A stretch of DNA of 64,000 nt. Origin: Flaccisagitta enflata. Taxonomy: Eukaryota. Position 1 is the stretch's first letter; each line of letters starts with the position of its first letter. The DNA lies in assembly GCA_965153355.1 (NCBI GenBank), contig OZ231126.1, forward strand, positions 35,464,001-35,528,000, given 5' to 3'. The notes under the pieces were generated by a model. The model searched no databases. It saw only the letters and a list, made by a program, of their open reading frames with translations, and was not told the DNA's origin. The translations under genes were made by a program, and so were the position numbers. Of the stretch, positions 1 to 13,327 are shown piece after piece.

Positions 1-1764
1 CTCGGTGAGTCATTTCTAATTAGTGCATTTGCTGCAAGTATATGTTGCCTGACTTTGTATAGTTGTTGTGCCCAGCTGCCGCCAAAAATTTGAGCAATTC
101 AGCAAAACTAAAAAGTGCATAACGGTAGCAAAAAAAAAAATGGAACAAAATATTTCTTTAAGATTCAAAAGCATCCAATGAGAAAAACATAGCAAAATCC
201 ATGACCATTTGAAAGCTCTGCGAAAGATCTTCAAAATGATGATGCTGGCTGTTCTGTCTTTATTCGTTAAGTAATGAGACAGCAATAAAGAAGAGGTGGT
301 CATGAATGTAAAAGCTGAAGTCGTAGAAGTTGTTCCTCTTTGCTATTTTATAAAAAAGATAGAAAAATAATAATTTGAACTTTTTTCTTGGTGTAATTTA
401 TAGATTTTTTAATTTTCTTTCATTCTAGACCAATCCCAGATCTGTATCTCAAACCGTTTAAAAGTTAGAGCTTGTTAAAGTGAACCACTATTTTTTCAAA
501 ACTTTTTTATTCAATCTGACCGCAAATTGAATATGGCAATGTTTTCATTCATTCTTACGCCATTTCTAAACGGATAAAGCTAGAATGACCAGCAACGTCG
601 CATATGAAAGATCTTTTGCAGAGCTTTCAAACAGTCATGGATTTTCTATGGTTAGAGTCATCACTTAAGCAAAAATCATCAAAACAATTTGTTCCGTTTT
701 TTTTTGCTACCGTTAGGATAGTTTCCAAGCCCCTCTGCTATACTGAAGCCAAAATCTTGCCATTCTGCTTGATTGAAGTTTCTCTTTTTGAGCTGAGAGA
801 AGCTTTTCAAGTTCATTCAAGGGTTCTTTTGGAATTTCCTCTATTTTTTCACCATCCATCATGGCCTTTTGTGACAACTCAAGTTTACTGAAGAGCACAT
901 GCATTGCATTACTCTGATCTAATTTGTTGCCTTTCTCCATGGTTGAAAGCTAGATAAGCTAGAATACTTAAAATCATTTATCAAAACAACCAGTTATACT
1001 CACTGACATGCTTTTTTGTATTTGTACGTTAAAACACTTGTCCAAATATCTATTCATTTATTCCATTAGAAATCAGAAAAAAACTGAGCCAAATGAGCTA
1101 AATGAGCTAGATTACTCAAAAACATTCACACGGATGAGCAGCCATGCTTATGAATATGTTTTCTTGTATTTGCATGCTCAAACATACATCAAAACATTTA
1201 TCTATTTATCCCATTCGAAATAAAAAAGAAACTGAGCTAAATGAGCTAAATGAGCTAGAATACTAAAAAACACCCTGACAGATGAGCAGCTATGCTCAAA
1301 AAAGATTTTCTTGTATTTGCATGCTCAAACAAACATAGATACACTCCTTTATTGATCCTACATAAAATCATAAAAAATCAACGAAAAAATCAATATGAAT
1401 TTTTCAAAAATAAATCTTTAAAAAATTATTATGCAAAAAATATTTGTTATAGAGAGTTCTACTCGGCGCCAAATGAAAGAGAATTATCAAATTTACTTAC
1501 TCTATAAATTTCATTGGAAGGCTCATTTGCCTGGATGAGATACTCAACTTTTACACAAGAAAATTAAAACTCTCTGGAATATGTCAAAAAGTCGAGGACT
1601 GACTTCAACTTTTTTCCGCAATAAATAAAGTTGTCTTGCCGATATGTTGGTCAACTTTTTTTTACTTGATAAAGCCACCCTTGAGGAACATGGAACCACC
1701 AAAAAACTTTCTATTACATTTTTGTTAAGGTCGGGTCAGCTAATTTGCTTTGATCCCTCCTCTA
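1..1764 (-). mobile_element. Academ-like DNA transposon copy 1 (defective, inverted, truncated by the window start)
   Basis: 1-1764 is the reverse complement of 2745-4503 with few differences. It ends in ...GATCCCTCCTCTA at 1764, and the flank continues as at the empty site at 41627. Confidence 0.85.
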
Positions 1765-2062
1765 TTATACACATTTACTTTGTACATGTTTGTCATCGTA
1801 GGAATGTGTGATGTGTGCGTGCATTGTTAGCACCGTGTGCGTTATGCGCATATGTAAGAACTCCACAAAAATTAGGAAAATGTGGTGAGCGGGGCAAGAG
1901 AGGCCGAAAGAGAAAAACAAGAGGGAAGGTAGCTGATAAAAACAGATGGGGACCGTATAAGGAGTGTTTTTTTTGTTTTTAAAGAAACGTAAAAACCACA
2001 ATGGAACCTTGACAATAAACACGCGTGTGCACGTGCGTATATTATCTCATCACACACACACA

Positions 2063-2154
<92 letters not shown>

Positions 2155-3568
2155 CCCAAAATTAAGCGCTTGGACCAACTCTCGCTTTCGAAAACTGACG
2201 TCATGACACAGACGTGTACACACATGTGCACACTGAGATCTATCCAGCTACAGTACGATGGGAGCAATGAGGACCTCAGATGGAGGGTCATTTCCTGCTG
2301 CACTATCTTAATTAAGTGGCTTGAACTATGGTTTTTCTGAAAGCTGATGGGCAAGAGCATTGAATGAATATAGTTTCATACCTCTAGCTGTAACTGTTGA
2401 CCAAAAAGAAAAAAGTGCAACACCTCTCTGAATTTGAACCTGTAACTCTGTTGAGAAGAATTTGCCTTTATTAAGTTCAGCACTCTACCATCAGAGCTAT
2501 TGCGCCACATGCAATTAAACAAAATCCATTGTCACTTTTCTATTAAATCACTTGGTGTGGAGTTTTACGTTCACTCAATACCTTGGACCATCAGCATTCA
2601 GAAAAACTAAAACTTTAGGTTCTTCCTTCAAACAGTAAAAATACAGAGGGCCCTCTTTGTACTGCTCTTATTGCTCCCACCGTACTGTATCCATCTATCC
2701 ATTCTCGGTGATGGCACGTGGACCTTATCTGGGCTCGAGCTAATTAGAGGAGGGATCAAAGCAAATTAGCTGACCCGACCTTAACAAAAATGTAATAGAA
2801 AGTTTTTTGGTGGTTCCATGTTCCTCAAGGGTGGCTTTATCAAGTAAAAAAAAGTTGACCAACATATCGGCAAGACAACTTTATTTATTGCGGAAAAAAG
2901 TTGAAGTCAGTCCTCGACTTTTTGACATATTCCAGAGAGTTTTAATTTTCTTGTGTAAAAGTTGAGTATCTCATCCAGGCAAATGAGCCTTCCAATGAAA
3001 TTTATAGAGTAAGTAAATTTGATAATTCTCTTTCATTTGGCGTCGAGTAGAACTCTCTATAACAAATATTTTTCGCATAATAATTTTTTAAAGATTTATT
3101 TTTGAAAAATTCATATTGATTTTTTCGTTGATTTTTTATGATTTTATGTAGGATCAATAAAGGAGTGTATCTATGTTTGTTTGAGCATGCAAATACAAGA
3201 AAATCTTTTTTGAGCATAGCTGCTCATCTGTCAGGGTGTTTTTTAGTATTCTAGCTCATTTAGCTCATTTAGCTCAGTTTCTTTTTTATTTCGAATGGGA
3301 TAGATAGATAAATGTTTTGATGTATGTTTGAGCATGCAAATACAAGAAAACATATTCATAAGCATGGCTGCTCATCCGTGTGAATGTTTTTGAGTAATCT
3401 AGCTCATTTAGCTCATTTGGCTCAGTTTTTTTCTGATTTCTAATGGAATAAATGAATAGATATTTGGACAAGTGTTTTAACGTACAAATACAAAAAAACA
3501 TGTCAGTGAGTATAACTGGTTGTTTTGATAAATGATTTTAAGTATTCTAGCTTATCTAGCTTTCAACC

Positions 3569-5218
3569 ATGGAGAAAGGCAACAAATTAGATCAGAGTAA
3601 TGCAATGCATGTGCTCTTCAGTAAACTTGAGTTGTCACAAAAGGCCATGATGGATGGTGAAAAAATAGAGGAAATTCCAAAAGAACCCTTGAATGAACTT
3701 GAAAAGCTTCTCTCAGCTCAAAAAGAGAAACTTCAATTAAGCAGAATGGCAAGATTTTGGCTTCAGTATAGCAGAGGGGCTTGGAAACTATCCTAACGGT
3801 AGCAAAAAAAAACGGAACAAATTGTTTTGATGATTTTTGCTTAAGTGATGACTCTAACCATAGAAAATCCATGACTGTTTGAAAGCTCTGCAAAAGATCT
3901 TTCATATGCGACGTTGCTGGTCATTCTAGCTTTATCCGTTTAGAAATGGCGTAAGAATGAATGAAAATATTGCCATATTCAATTTGGTCGATTGAATAAA
4001 AAGTTTTGAAAAATAGTGGTTCACTTTAACAAGCTCTAACTTTTAAACGGTTTGAGATACAGATCTGGGATTGGTCTAGAATGAAAGAAAATTAAAAAAT
4101 CTATAAATTACACTAAGAAAAAAGTTCAAATTATTATTTTTCTATCTTTTTTATAAAATAGCAAAGAGGAACAACTTCTACGACTTCAGCTTTTACATTC
4201 ATGACCACCTCTTCTTTATTGCTGTCTCATTACTTAACGAATAAAGACAGAACAGCCAGCATCATCATTTTGAAGATCTTTCGCAGAGCTTTCAAATGGT
4301 CATGGATTTTGCTATGTTTTTCTCATTGGATGCTTTTGAATCTTAAAGAAATATTTTGTTCCATTTTTTTTTTTGCTACCGTTATGCACTTTTTAGTTTT
4401 GCTGAATTGCTCAAATTTTTGGCGGCAGCTGGGCACAACAACTATACAAAGTCAGGCAACATATACTTGCAGCAAATGCACTAATTAGAAATGACTCACC
4501 GAGATGTTCATCACCATTTTTCAAATGGGCTTTTTGTAATTCAAAGGAGTGAGAGATTATGGGCAGGAATCCCCAGTGATCAGGTGATAGAGCAATGTCT
4601 TATGCGCAATTTGAAGACCAGTGGAGGATTGACACATGGAAGTGGCATGAGTGAAGAGCAGAGAAATGTATGGACTCTTTCAATGCTATTTTGTGCATCT
4701 GCATATCAAGCCATACAGGAAAAAGTGTAGAGCAGCATACTGAGATGGGACCATCTAAGATTAGTTGGGATTGGAAAGATACACAGCTTGCAGCTGAATT
4801 CTTGCATGAAAGAAATCCATTTGAGTACGGAGATGTTTTTTGCAACATTGCCAATGGTGTTCATACAAACCCATCAGTCAATTACGACAATGCTCAAGCC
4901 ATTGGTGAAAGCATTTTAGAAAAGATGGTTGGAGAGAAAGTAAGTGATTTTTCTTTTAAGAGGAAAGATCAGGCAGTAACCATGGGAAGCAAAAATGGTG
5001 GCAAAGTTGATGGAGAAATTGTGCAGTTTGAGCCACATATCTTGTTTCAAAAACTTGCTGTTACAGCTGAGAGGACTGATAATATTGATCCAGAAACTAT
5101 TTTCAAGCATGAATTAACCACCATCCCCAAGGCTTTTGCTGAAACTCCTGAATTACTTCATGAGGCCCAAAAGTCCACTCTTGCAGATACAATATGGTCA
5201 GCTGTAAATCAATGCTGA
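3569..5218 (+). pseudogene. Fragmented Academ-type transposase
   Basis: Pieces read ..SRMARFWLQY..RGAWKL [insert] ..LAAAGHNNYTKSGNIYLQQMH*LEMTH..FVIQRSERLWAGIPSDQVIEQCLMRNLKTSGGLTHG.. [frameshift ~4715] ..NPF..FKRKDQAVTM..ILFQKL..IFKHELTTIP. I recognise these motifs as Academ transposase-like. There is a stop, a frameshift and truncation at both ends. Confidence 0.8.
3794..4384. mobile_element. MITE-like insert nested in the Academ transposase (mirror copy at ~120-714)
   Basis: TAACGGTAGCAAAAAAAAA...TTTTTTTTGCTACCGTTA with ~120 bp imperfect inverted arms; it splits the transposase between GAWKL and ..AAAGH. TSD not resolved. Confidence 0.7.
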
Positions 5219-6573
5219 AGCTTCTGGTGATCATTTTATTAGCTAGCTATTTTGAGCCATTGTTTTCATTGATAGAAAATTTTGGCTCAAACTTAAACAT
5301 TATATTATGAAAATTAAGTTGTTGATAGGCTGTTCAAGTCACCTACAAAATCTTTCTTTTGGTCAATCCTCATAAAAATATTAGGGATGAATACAAATAT
5401 AAGATTAAGAGATTGTGTACAAAGTTTTTTATACTTTTGTAGATGTTTCAAAATTTTCTATATATGAATATTTACCATTTTCGCCATATTTTTCATGCAT
5501 TTACATACGGCCCAACCAGCGCCATTACAGAGTTCATACCTTGGTCAACTTTTTTTCTTAGCTTAGTGCAACCCATGTAGGGTGCAAAACCGCAAAAAAA
5601 CTCTCTATTACATTTTTGTTAGGGTGGATTTTGTAATATCCCTCCTCTAAATGCAAGAAATCTCAAGATCGGCACACATATTCGATGGATGATACAATGT
5701 CAGGATCGGGATTCAGATAAAACAATTCGCATTACTCAAATTGAACACAATCAAATCTTGAAATTTTTGTTTGAGCTTCGATTTCTCCAAAGCTAATGGC
5801 TAAACCATTCCTCATCGCCTCCCAAGTTTGAATTTCTTCATCAATGAAAACAAAATAAAAAAAAATCTAATCTGTTTTTCGAGCAGGGAAACGGAAGATG
5901 AGCTGAGAGAGTTGGGGCCTGAAAATTTGCGTAACGTCACTATGCCTGTCGGTCAGTGGGTCCGTTCGTTGGCAAACTTCGGCATCATTTACAAAACCAT
6001 TTCATATGAAAGGTGGAACAATATCCCTATGCCCAAACTGAAAAATATGGAAGAGGGTCTTGTGAGCCCTCACTGACTAGTTACTACGCGCATCACTCCT
6101 AGTTTTCATTTAGCAAAACTAACTTAACAAACATCCATTCTGAGTCTTACCCAAATGTTGTCGGTTTAACGAATTTAGAAAGGCATTGACCGGAAAATGT
6201 GATGCCAAGAAAAGCCCGTGCGTAAGGTCAACCGACTGACGAACCTGCCTTGTAGAAAGTCAGGATCGCGCGTGAGAACTGGCGGGTAATTTGAGCACAG
6301 ACTGCATAGGTGTTCAGTCACTGTTCACATTCACATTGGTGCGTAGATGATCATTGATCACGTATAATTTTGCAGTAAAACCATAGATACCGTGTCTTGA
6401 TGAAACGTCTCTTCTCCCCCCCCCCCCTTTTAGGATATGCGATGATCGCTTTATTATGGTGCCCAATTACAAGCATTGGAAAAAATTATGTCCTATCCAT
6501 ATTAAGCACAAAAGAAGACGATAATCATTAGCCGAAAAACGAGACCTGCTGACGAGAGAAGACCTTCATTGTC

Positions 6574-6733
<160 letters not shown>

Positions 6734-7405
6734 CTACAGACGCACACAGACACACACAAGTACACAAACATGCAGAACACACGCGATCATGAAAACGTTT
6801 CTGAAATTTATGCTCATGACAACAAATGTTATTCCAGCGGACCATCCGCGCTTCTGCAAATACTTAATTCAGGTCGTAGATCAAGAATTTAGGAGCAAAC
6901 TTCGACAGGACGATCTAAACTAAACTCAATACTAAACTCAAATATTACGTAGCCAAGGATTTCCTTTAAGATAGTTTCCTCTTCATGGGAATACTTTCAC
7001 AACTCTTATACTGAAGAATACTCTCAAAACATCTTTTAAGGCCAAGGATTTGTGAGACGGCACTGACTACTGTTATAACTACTGTTATACTACTTCACTT
7101 GTTTAAAATCTAACATACATGAGATATCGTACATATCATGGAAACCGCGGAGGTTAACGTCGATCCGTTCGCAGATTACCACATGTGCCTTGATTTATAT
7201 GTCCATAGACTGTGCATGTATGGTGAATATCTAGTCCTTTGAATAAAGGCGAATCCGATCAGCCCTTTGCTATCCAAACAAATCAATTCTATGCGAAAAA
7301 ATTAGAAAACTTAACTTCCAAAACAAAAAAAAAAACAGCCCATTCATCGAGTCCTTAGCGAAGTCGTTGAGCAAACATTGGAAACAAAATTATTTGTCGG
7401 AGAAA

Positions 7406-8009
7406 ATGATGAAATTAGTTCTCTTATTTGCTGCACTTGTCGCTTTGACTGCAGGGTACGTAATCTCGATTAGAACTTATAAGGACTAATAAGTTTAATA
7501 GTAATCATTGGTATAATAATAGGTCGAAGGTCTGATATGCCATAAATACACACTCCTCTGCAATTAGGGTAAACTTGAAATCTGTGGGAGTTTGTTAGTA
7601 GTAAAATCTCAGTAAACTCGATTTATATCCAATAGAGCCAGTTCATTAGGTGACGTCAAAGATGTTAAAGATGTTAAAAGCGTCCATCCAGAAAATGAGA
7701 ATTCGTTTGATGCTTGGCGAGAAAGACAAAGAATCGAAGACGTGGAAAAGATTGCGTCCGACGCATCCCGAAAGCACGCTCAGTTAACGCACATGAAACG
7801 TGGAAAAAATCTTATCCAAATGCTTAAAAGGTATGCAATAAGCTTTTTGAACATTGTGTTAGATGAACGCGACATTGACATGATTGCTTTCATGAATTCA
7901 GTTTCAGGCAGGAACAATTTATTTCATTTGTCTCCGCAGTTTATCAGCCAGGAACAAAGACCAGAGGACAAGGAAGGAAAATACAAAAGACCAGAAAGTA
8001 AGAGCATGA
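7406..8009 (+). CDS. Small secreted protein or propeptide, 3 exons (7406-7455, 7636-7830, 7940-8009), 104 aa; may splice on from the GTAAGA donor at 7998
   Basis: Signal-peptide-like MMKLVLLFAALVALTAG and two GT-AG introns with matching phase 2/2. Joined product: MMKLVLLFAALVALTAGASSLGDVKDVKDVKSVHPENENSFDAWRERQRIEDVEKIASDASRKHAQLTHMKRGKNLIQMLKSLSARNKDQRTRKENTKDQKVRA. Confidence 0.7.
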
Positions 8010-8245
8010 AACGATTGTTCCGCGATTTTTTTTAAATCAAAGGGTGTAATCAAAGAAGCTTAAAGAAAAAAATTTAATGCAAAGTAGACAGCCAAGTGAG
8101 AGCGGGCCAACCGGGCCTGCAGACAGCCAAAATAGCGGGCCCGACAATCAAAATGTGGGTCTCGGGCTCGCGGGCCCGCTCTAAAAACAAGCCTGCTTAT
8201 AAGCAATACAGTATTGATAAAAGAAAAACCTAGTAATAATCTTTT

Positions 8246-8470
8246 AAAACAAGGCCGGATACACGGCTACCCCAGTCGCGTGTGGGTGGGTATTTGAGGT
8301 CACTTGATCACTTGGGCAGGAGCAGTGAGGCCATAGACCGCAAAAAAACAAAAAAAGTAACGTGTGACGGACCGACGGACGGACCGACGGACGAACGGAC
8401 CGACGGACGGACGGACCGACGGACGGACCGACAAAGCGGGGTGTAGAGTCGCGTAGCACGCGACTAAAAA
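8246..8470 (-). mobile_element. Helentron-associated (HINE/DINE-1-like) short element (copy at ~45840-46057)
   Basis: On the minus strand: TTTTAGTCGCGTGCTACGCGACTCTACACCCCGC, then (GTCC/GTCG)n, then GTAGCCGTGTATCCGGCCTTGTT, inserted in T runs. Confidence 0.7.
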
Positions 8471-9114
8471 CGGCGCATTTTTTTCACTCCTTAGTATCAT
8501 GCAAATTAAGTTATACTAAAAGCTTGCTAAAACACTAGATGATGAACAATTTAGAAGAGAAGAAAAATTGTAAGGGACGGCTCCAAGAAATATTTTTCAA
8601 CAGTTGGATCTTGATTTATGCATATGAGGACTGTACAAAACTGAAGAGAAACTTACAGTAATATAAAAATCGTCCTGGTGGTTCTCAGGATCCACAGTGG
8701 ATGGGAAATAAACCACTTTATATCAAGTTAGTCAGGAGAAGAGAAACTGCAGACTTTTACTATGCGAACTACCAAAGTCATCTGATCTATACCTGACAGA
8801 TCCTCATTTCTTCGTTCATTCAGAGTGACCGGTCCAGCGACTTAGACTGGCTTTGCTGGCTTTGCTGGGCTGCGCCTTTTTCTTGCTTTGCATGTGGAGA
8901 TTGGAGATTGGTGGAGTAGATGACTTTTGCTCAAATTTCTTGGAAAACATGATCCTTGGCCTTGCTTCGTTCCTTTGAACTTGTTTCGGGAGATAACAAC
9001 TAGAAAATAAAGTTGTTGCTGTTGGGTTTGTTCTTATTTCTTTCAGAAAAGGCGTTAGTATGAATGGTTCGTAAGATTGGTTTTAGTCTTATTTAATTTT
9101 TATCATGTCGCGGA

Positions 9115-9412
9115 CAGTGTGTAGTCGTAAATAGCACAAAGTCGGATTTCCAAGAGGTGATATGTGGTGTTCCTCAGGGTTCCATATTGGGCCCGATACT
9201 TTTTTGTGTGTTAAATCAATGACATGGCTATAATTTGTGTTGTCGAGTCTCCTTATACGCGGACGATAGCGCGCTTATAGCCTCTGGTAAATCTCTACGT
9301 GAGTTATCGGAATTTCTCTCTGCGGATCTAGAATCTTGTCGCAGATGGATGGTCGATAATGAACTATCTGATCTCATCATGTTGGTAAAACCGAGGCAAT
9401 TATTTTTGGTTC
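9115..9412 (+). pseudogene. Non-LTR retrotransposon (LINE) reverse transcriptase remnant (copy at ~47005-48232, split by a MITE)
   Basis: Reads CGVPQGSILGPILF, frameshift, then SLYADDSALI..LESCRRWMVDNELS. PQG and YADD are RT motifs. Confidence 0.9.
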
Positions 9413-9511
9413 ATGAAGGCGAATTCAATGTATAAATGATTTTTCCATTAACTGTAAGTATAACTGAAAGTTACAATGCTTTAGTGAACCATGTCGACTC
9501 CGAAATAATTT

Positions 9512-10270
9512 TTTTATTCGCAGACACGCAACTTCATAAGAGGCTTTGTCTTTCCGTCGGTCCGTTGGTCTGTTGGTTCGTGGACACGAGTCAAAATAAT
9601 GGGAAAACGGACGATTTGGGCAGCGGCCCTGAAGGGGACGATATCCTGTAGAACACAGGGGGACTTTCGTTCGTCCGTTTGTTTGTTTGTTTGTTTGTTC
9701 GTTCATCCTCCCCCCAGCCTCAAGGCTCAAATCCTAGCCTCAAGGTTCAAATCCTAGCCTTGATGCTGGAATCCCAGCCTCGAGGCTCAAGTCCCAGCCT
9801 TGAGGCTCAAATCTCAGTCCATTGGCTCAAATCCTAGCCTAAAGGCTCAAAACCTAGCCTTGATGCTCAAATCTCAGCCTGGAGGCTCAAATCCCAGCCT
9901 TGTGGCTCAAATCCTTGCCTTGAGGCTCAAATCTCAGCCCAGAGGCTCAAATACCAGCCTCCAAGCTTAAATCCCAGCCCAGCAGCTCAAATTCCAGCCT
10001 TGAGGCCAAATTCCAGCCTCGAGGCTCAAATCCCAGCCTCGCAAATTCAATTGAGCAGAAGTTCCCTTGTGTTCTACAGGGCATCGTCCCCTTTGGAGCC
10101 GCTGCCCTGCTAACCATCCTCTTTAATCACCAACATACAAAGCAGGGCAACGGGTATCACTGACCACATATTGTGTATGTGGGGGGGGGGGGGGGGTTGG
10201 GGTGTGGATGGGGCTTGGATACCCCGGCCCACCCGTCCGCAACGAAATTGTGACCCCGCGCCACTTGTTT
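9512..10270 (+). mobile_element. HINE-like element containing a nested GGGCAGCGGCCC-family element (~9616-10172) with a ~21-bp central array (copy at ~48335-49072)
   Basis: Inner element has ~45 bp subterminal inverted repeats (GGGCAGCGGCCCTGAAGGGGACGAT.. / ..ATCGTCCCCTTTGGAGCCGCTGCCC) flanking tandem AAATCCCAGCCTTGAGGCTC-like units. Confidence 0.7.
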
Positions 10271-11257
10271 TTCGAATACCTAAACTGAGAATGAGTACGG
10301 CCTAAAGATAAATGAGTAAATTAACACAATAATGATATGTTACCAGGGATAGCAAATGACCAATCGACGACAACGAAATGTAACGATTACGGATTACCTC
10401 ATGTAAAACTATCATTAGAACGAGGAAATGCCATGTACATAGGCATAGCTAGATATCAATCGTGTCACATCACACGAACAAAACGTGAAAAGTAATCATC
10501 GTTGATATTCCACGTTGAATTCAAAGAAATGATTTCGTCGCTTTTGTCGCCTCGTCTGCTTACGCGCGCGCGTTTATCGTAGTTTATCGTTTTGCTGGAA
10601 AACGGTTAGTAATGGTTTCTTTTTTTTTCCTTCTTTTTTCTTTCTGTGTCTTTGCAACCATCATCAAAAACTCGTTGGCATTGGAGGAAGCGTGGATTTG
10701 TGGCGATGTTGGTCGGCCGATGTCCATTTCTCTTTCGCGCTAATCGCTATTTTCCCATTTTTCCTCCGCCGCCCGCCAGAGACTTTTGTTTCGTTGATAG
10801 ACGCGCTTCCTTCCGGCGATATGACGACAACGACGAAAGCATGGGTGTAAGGGAAAGGGCGTCGGGACGGCAGTAGAGTCTATGGCATGATTGTTGGACG
10901 TATAATGATATGAAATAGCAAAAAAAAAACAAAGGTCAAAGATATGCATCCTCAAGAGGAACGAGATGAGAACAATCAATAGACACACCCTCTTATACAG
11001 ATGCGAGAATGCAAGAAAAAAAGGTGAAAGAAAATTAGAAATGGAGAAATGGTGCAACTAGTTTCTATTGAAATTGAATGAATTCTGAAAACAATTGACA
11101 CGGGGTCACAATATCATTGTGGACGGGTGGGCAAGGGCATACAACCCCCATCCACACCCTCACCCACCCTACAGGCCTACATACACTCACACACACTCAC
11201 ACACACATAGACAATTTCAACGGCAGCCTAAAAAATGCGCTTTTTTGCATGGTTCAA

Positions 11258-11771
11258 TTGGGTTCTTCACATAGCAAAAGTTGTTTCTTTCTTTTCGCCC
11301 TCTTTACTTAATGTGGAGTGGCCAATTTTAGGACCCTTACCATTTTTCTTTTATCAAAAATCATTCATCTTCCGTTTTTTAGAAAATTGTTTTTGAGGGC
11401 CTCATTTGCATAATGCAGTGGCATAAAGCAATATGCTGATATTGTTTGAATTAGCTTTTACAAATTTTTATTTTTCAAAGAATTGCAATTCTGCCTTTTC
11501 ATAAGCTTTTTTATAGCTTATGTTCTAATATTTTAGTTTATCTTTACAAGCATTATGTTTTTCTAAAATAGATAATTGTCCTTTTTGTAACAAAACTACA
11601 CAGGATTTTGCTGAATTCAGGGAAATCTGTGAAACTTTAAGGCCAAAACAAAAACGGAAGATGAAGGAATTTTAAAAAAAGGAAAATGGTCATCTTCATG
11701 ATTTTTGCTCCTCCACATTACCTAAAGAAGGTGAAGGGATACTCCCAACTTTTGCTATGCGAAGCACGCAA
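11258..11771. mobile_element. MITE with 9-bp TSD (Mutator-like by TSD length), nested in a HINE-like element (~11093-11870)
   Basis: TSD ATGGTTCAA (11249-11257 / 11772-11780). 26-bp imperfect TIR TTGGGTTCTTCACATAGCAAAAGTTG / CAACTTTTGCTATGCGAAGCACGCAA. Empty site near 50083-50091. Confidence 0.9.
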
Positions 11772-12086
11772 ATGGTTCAACTTTATCGTCATGGATGGAC
11801 CAACAGACCAACGGACTGATGGACGGACGCACAAAGCCTCATATGGAGTTGCGTGTCCGCAAATGAAAATAATAATGGGTGACGCCCCTGTATATTTTTT
11901 CCTCGTACGTCCTTAAAAGGAAGATATTTGGGCTCGGAAATCGCCACAATATTTTCCCGATTAAATCGCTAAGATTGCCCACTTCGTAACGCCTCTTTTT
12001 CCTTCTTTTGCTTCATAATAGTCCAGTTGTGGCGCTGGAGGTATTCATAGTTTTGGCACGGTATTAGTTTCGAAATGACAAGCTTT

Positions 12087-12420
<334 letters not shown>

Positions 12421-12567
12421 AAAAAACATATTTGAAACGGTGTGCCCTCTTTTTACCCAAATTGTGACGGGTCTTACATACAAAGGTCATTAGCAAACAC
12501 AAAAATCCAACAAACAACTTTTCGACTTGATCATCACGGACGGACCAAAGGACCAACGGACCAACAG

Positions 12568-12896
12568 CAGATATTAATATTCTTCCAAGCTTCCGGGAAG
12601 CAGGAATTTTATCTTTCAAGATTCCGACATGAAAATACAGTCTAAAATGAGGGATTTATGGAAAAATCAAGTCAATTTTGATTAAATCAATCATTAAAAT
12701 GGGATATCTTGGGAAAAAACCATAGGATTATCAGATTATTCAATAGAGAAATGATTTGTGATTATTGTTTAAGTGCTCCTTGAAATGGAATCTTCATTTT
12801 TTATTATTTTCTAATGCCACATAGCAAGATCTTCCGACTCTGTCTCCCGACTTCCGAGAAGCGGCGCTTCCCGCTTCTCCACAATCTGTATGTCTG
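12568..12896. mobile_element. hAT-like non-autonomous element
   Basis: CAG...CTG ends, 8-bp TSD ACCAACAG (12560-12567 / 12897-12904); empty site near 50635-50642. Confidence 0.85.
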
Positions 12897-13256
12897 ACCA
12901 ACAGACGGAGAAAGCCATAGTTTCGTTTCTGCAATCAAAAAGTTTAAGTTCCTCAAAATCTGTTCTTGCGAGACGTAACTGTTACAGTCCATGTCTGGAA
13001 GACGTATCAACGATTTAAACGAATCAATGTGCGCTAAGAGCAAGAAGTGGTGGTTCAGTGGATTGGTATACACAAATGCGTTAAATTATGTTCTTTTTTA
13101 GCTTGACGTTCGCAGAAGCGTAAGGGTGTGCCAAAAGAGGGAATTACCGTCTTCTGTTGATCTCATTCTCATTTCTCAAGAAATGAATTTGATTCTTGTG
13201 AAAACTTCAAAGGAAAATTCCGACACTCAGAAGTTAAACATCCTTTTCTCCATGTT

Positions 13257-13327
<71 letters not shown>

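Larger units (their letters stand above)
2745..5649 (+). mobile_element. Academ-like DNA transposon copy 2, complete non-autonomous derivative (2905 bp)
   Basis: Termini TAGAGGAGGGAT...ATCCCTCCTCTA with ~120 bp imperfect TIRs. 3-bp TSD AAT (2742-2744 / 5650-5652) is confirmed by the empty site GCTCGAGCT-AAT-GCAAGAAA near 43190. TAG..CTA ends and a 3-bp TSD fit Academ. Confidence 0.88.

Noticed and set aside
16..1507. Short ORFs duplicated in the palindrome arms (95, 71 aa etc.) as genes
   Set aside because: They lie in transposon subterminal or MITE sequence; identity between arms reflects recent copying. Only the transposase fragments are meaningful.
5828..6076. 82-aa ORF conserved at 43376-43624
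   Set aside because: Non-ATG start, no recognisable motif; conservation is explained by the duplication.
7742..8035. 97-aa single ORF as listed in the track
   Set aside because: It begins mid-exon and reads through a clear GT-AG intron; replaced by the spliced model.
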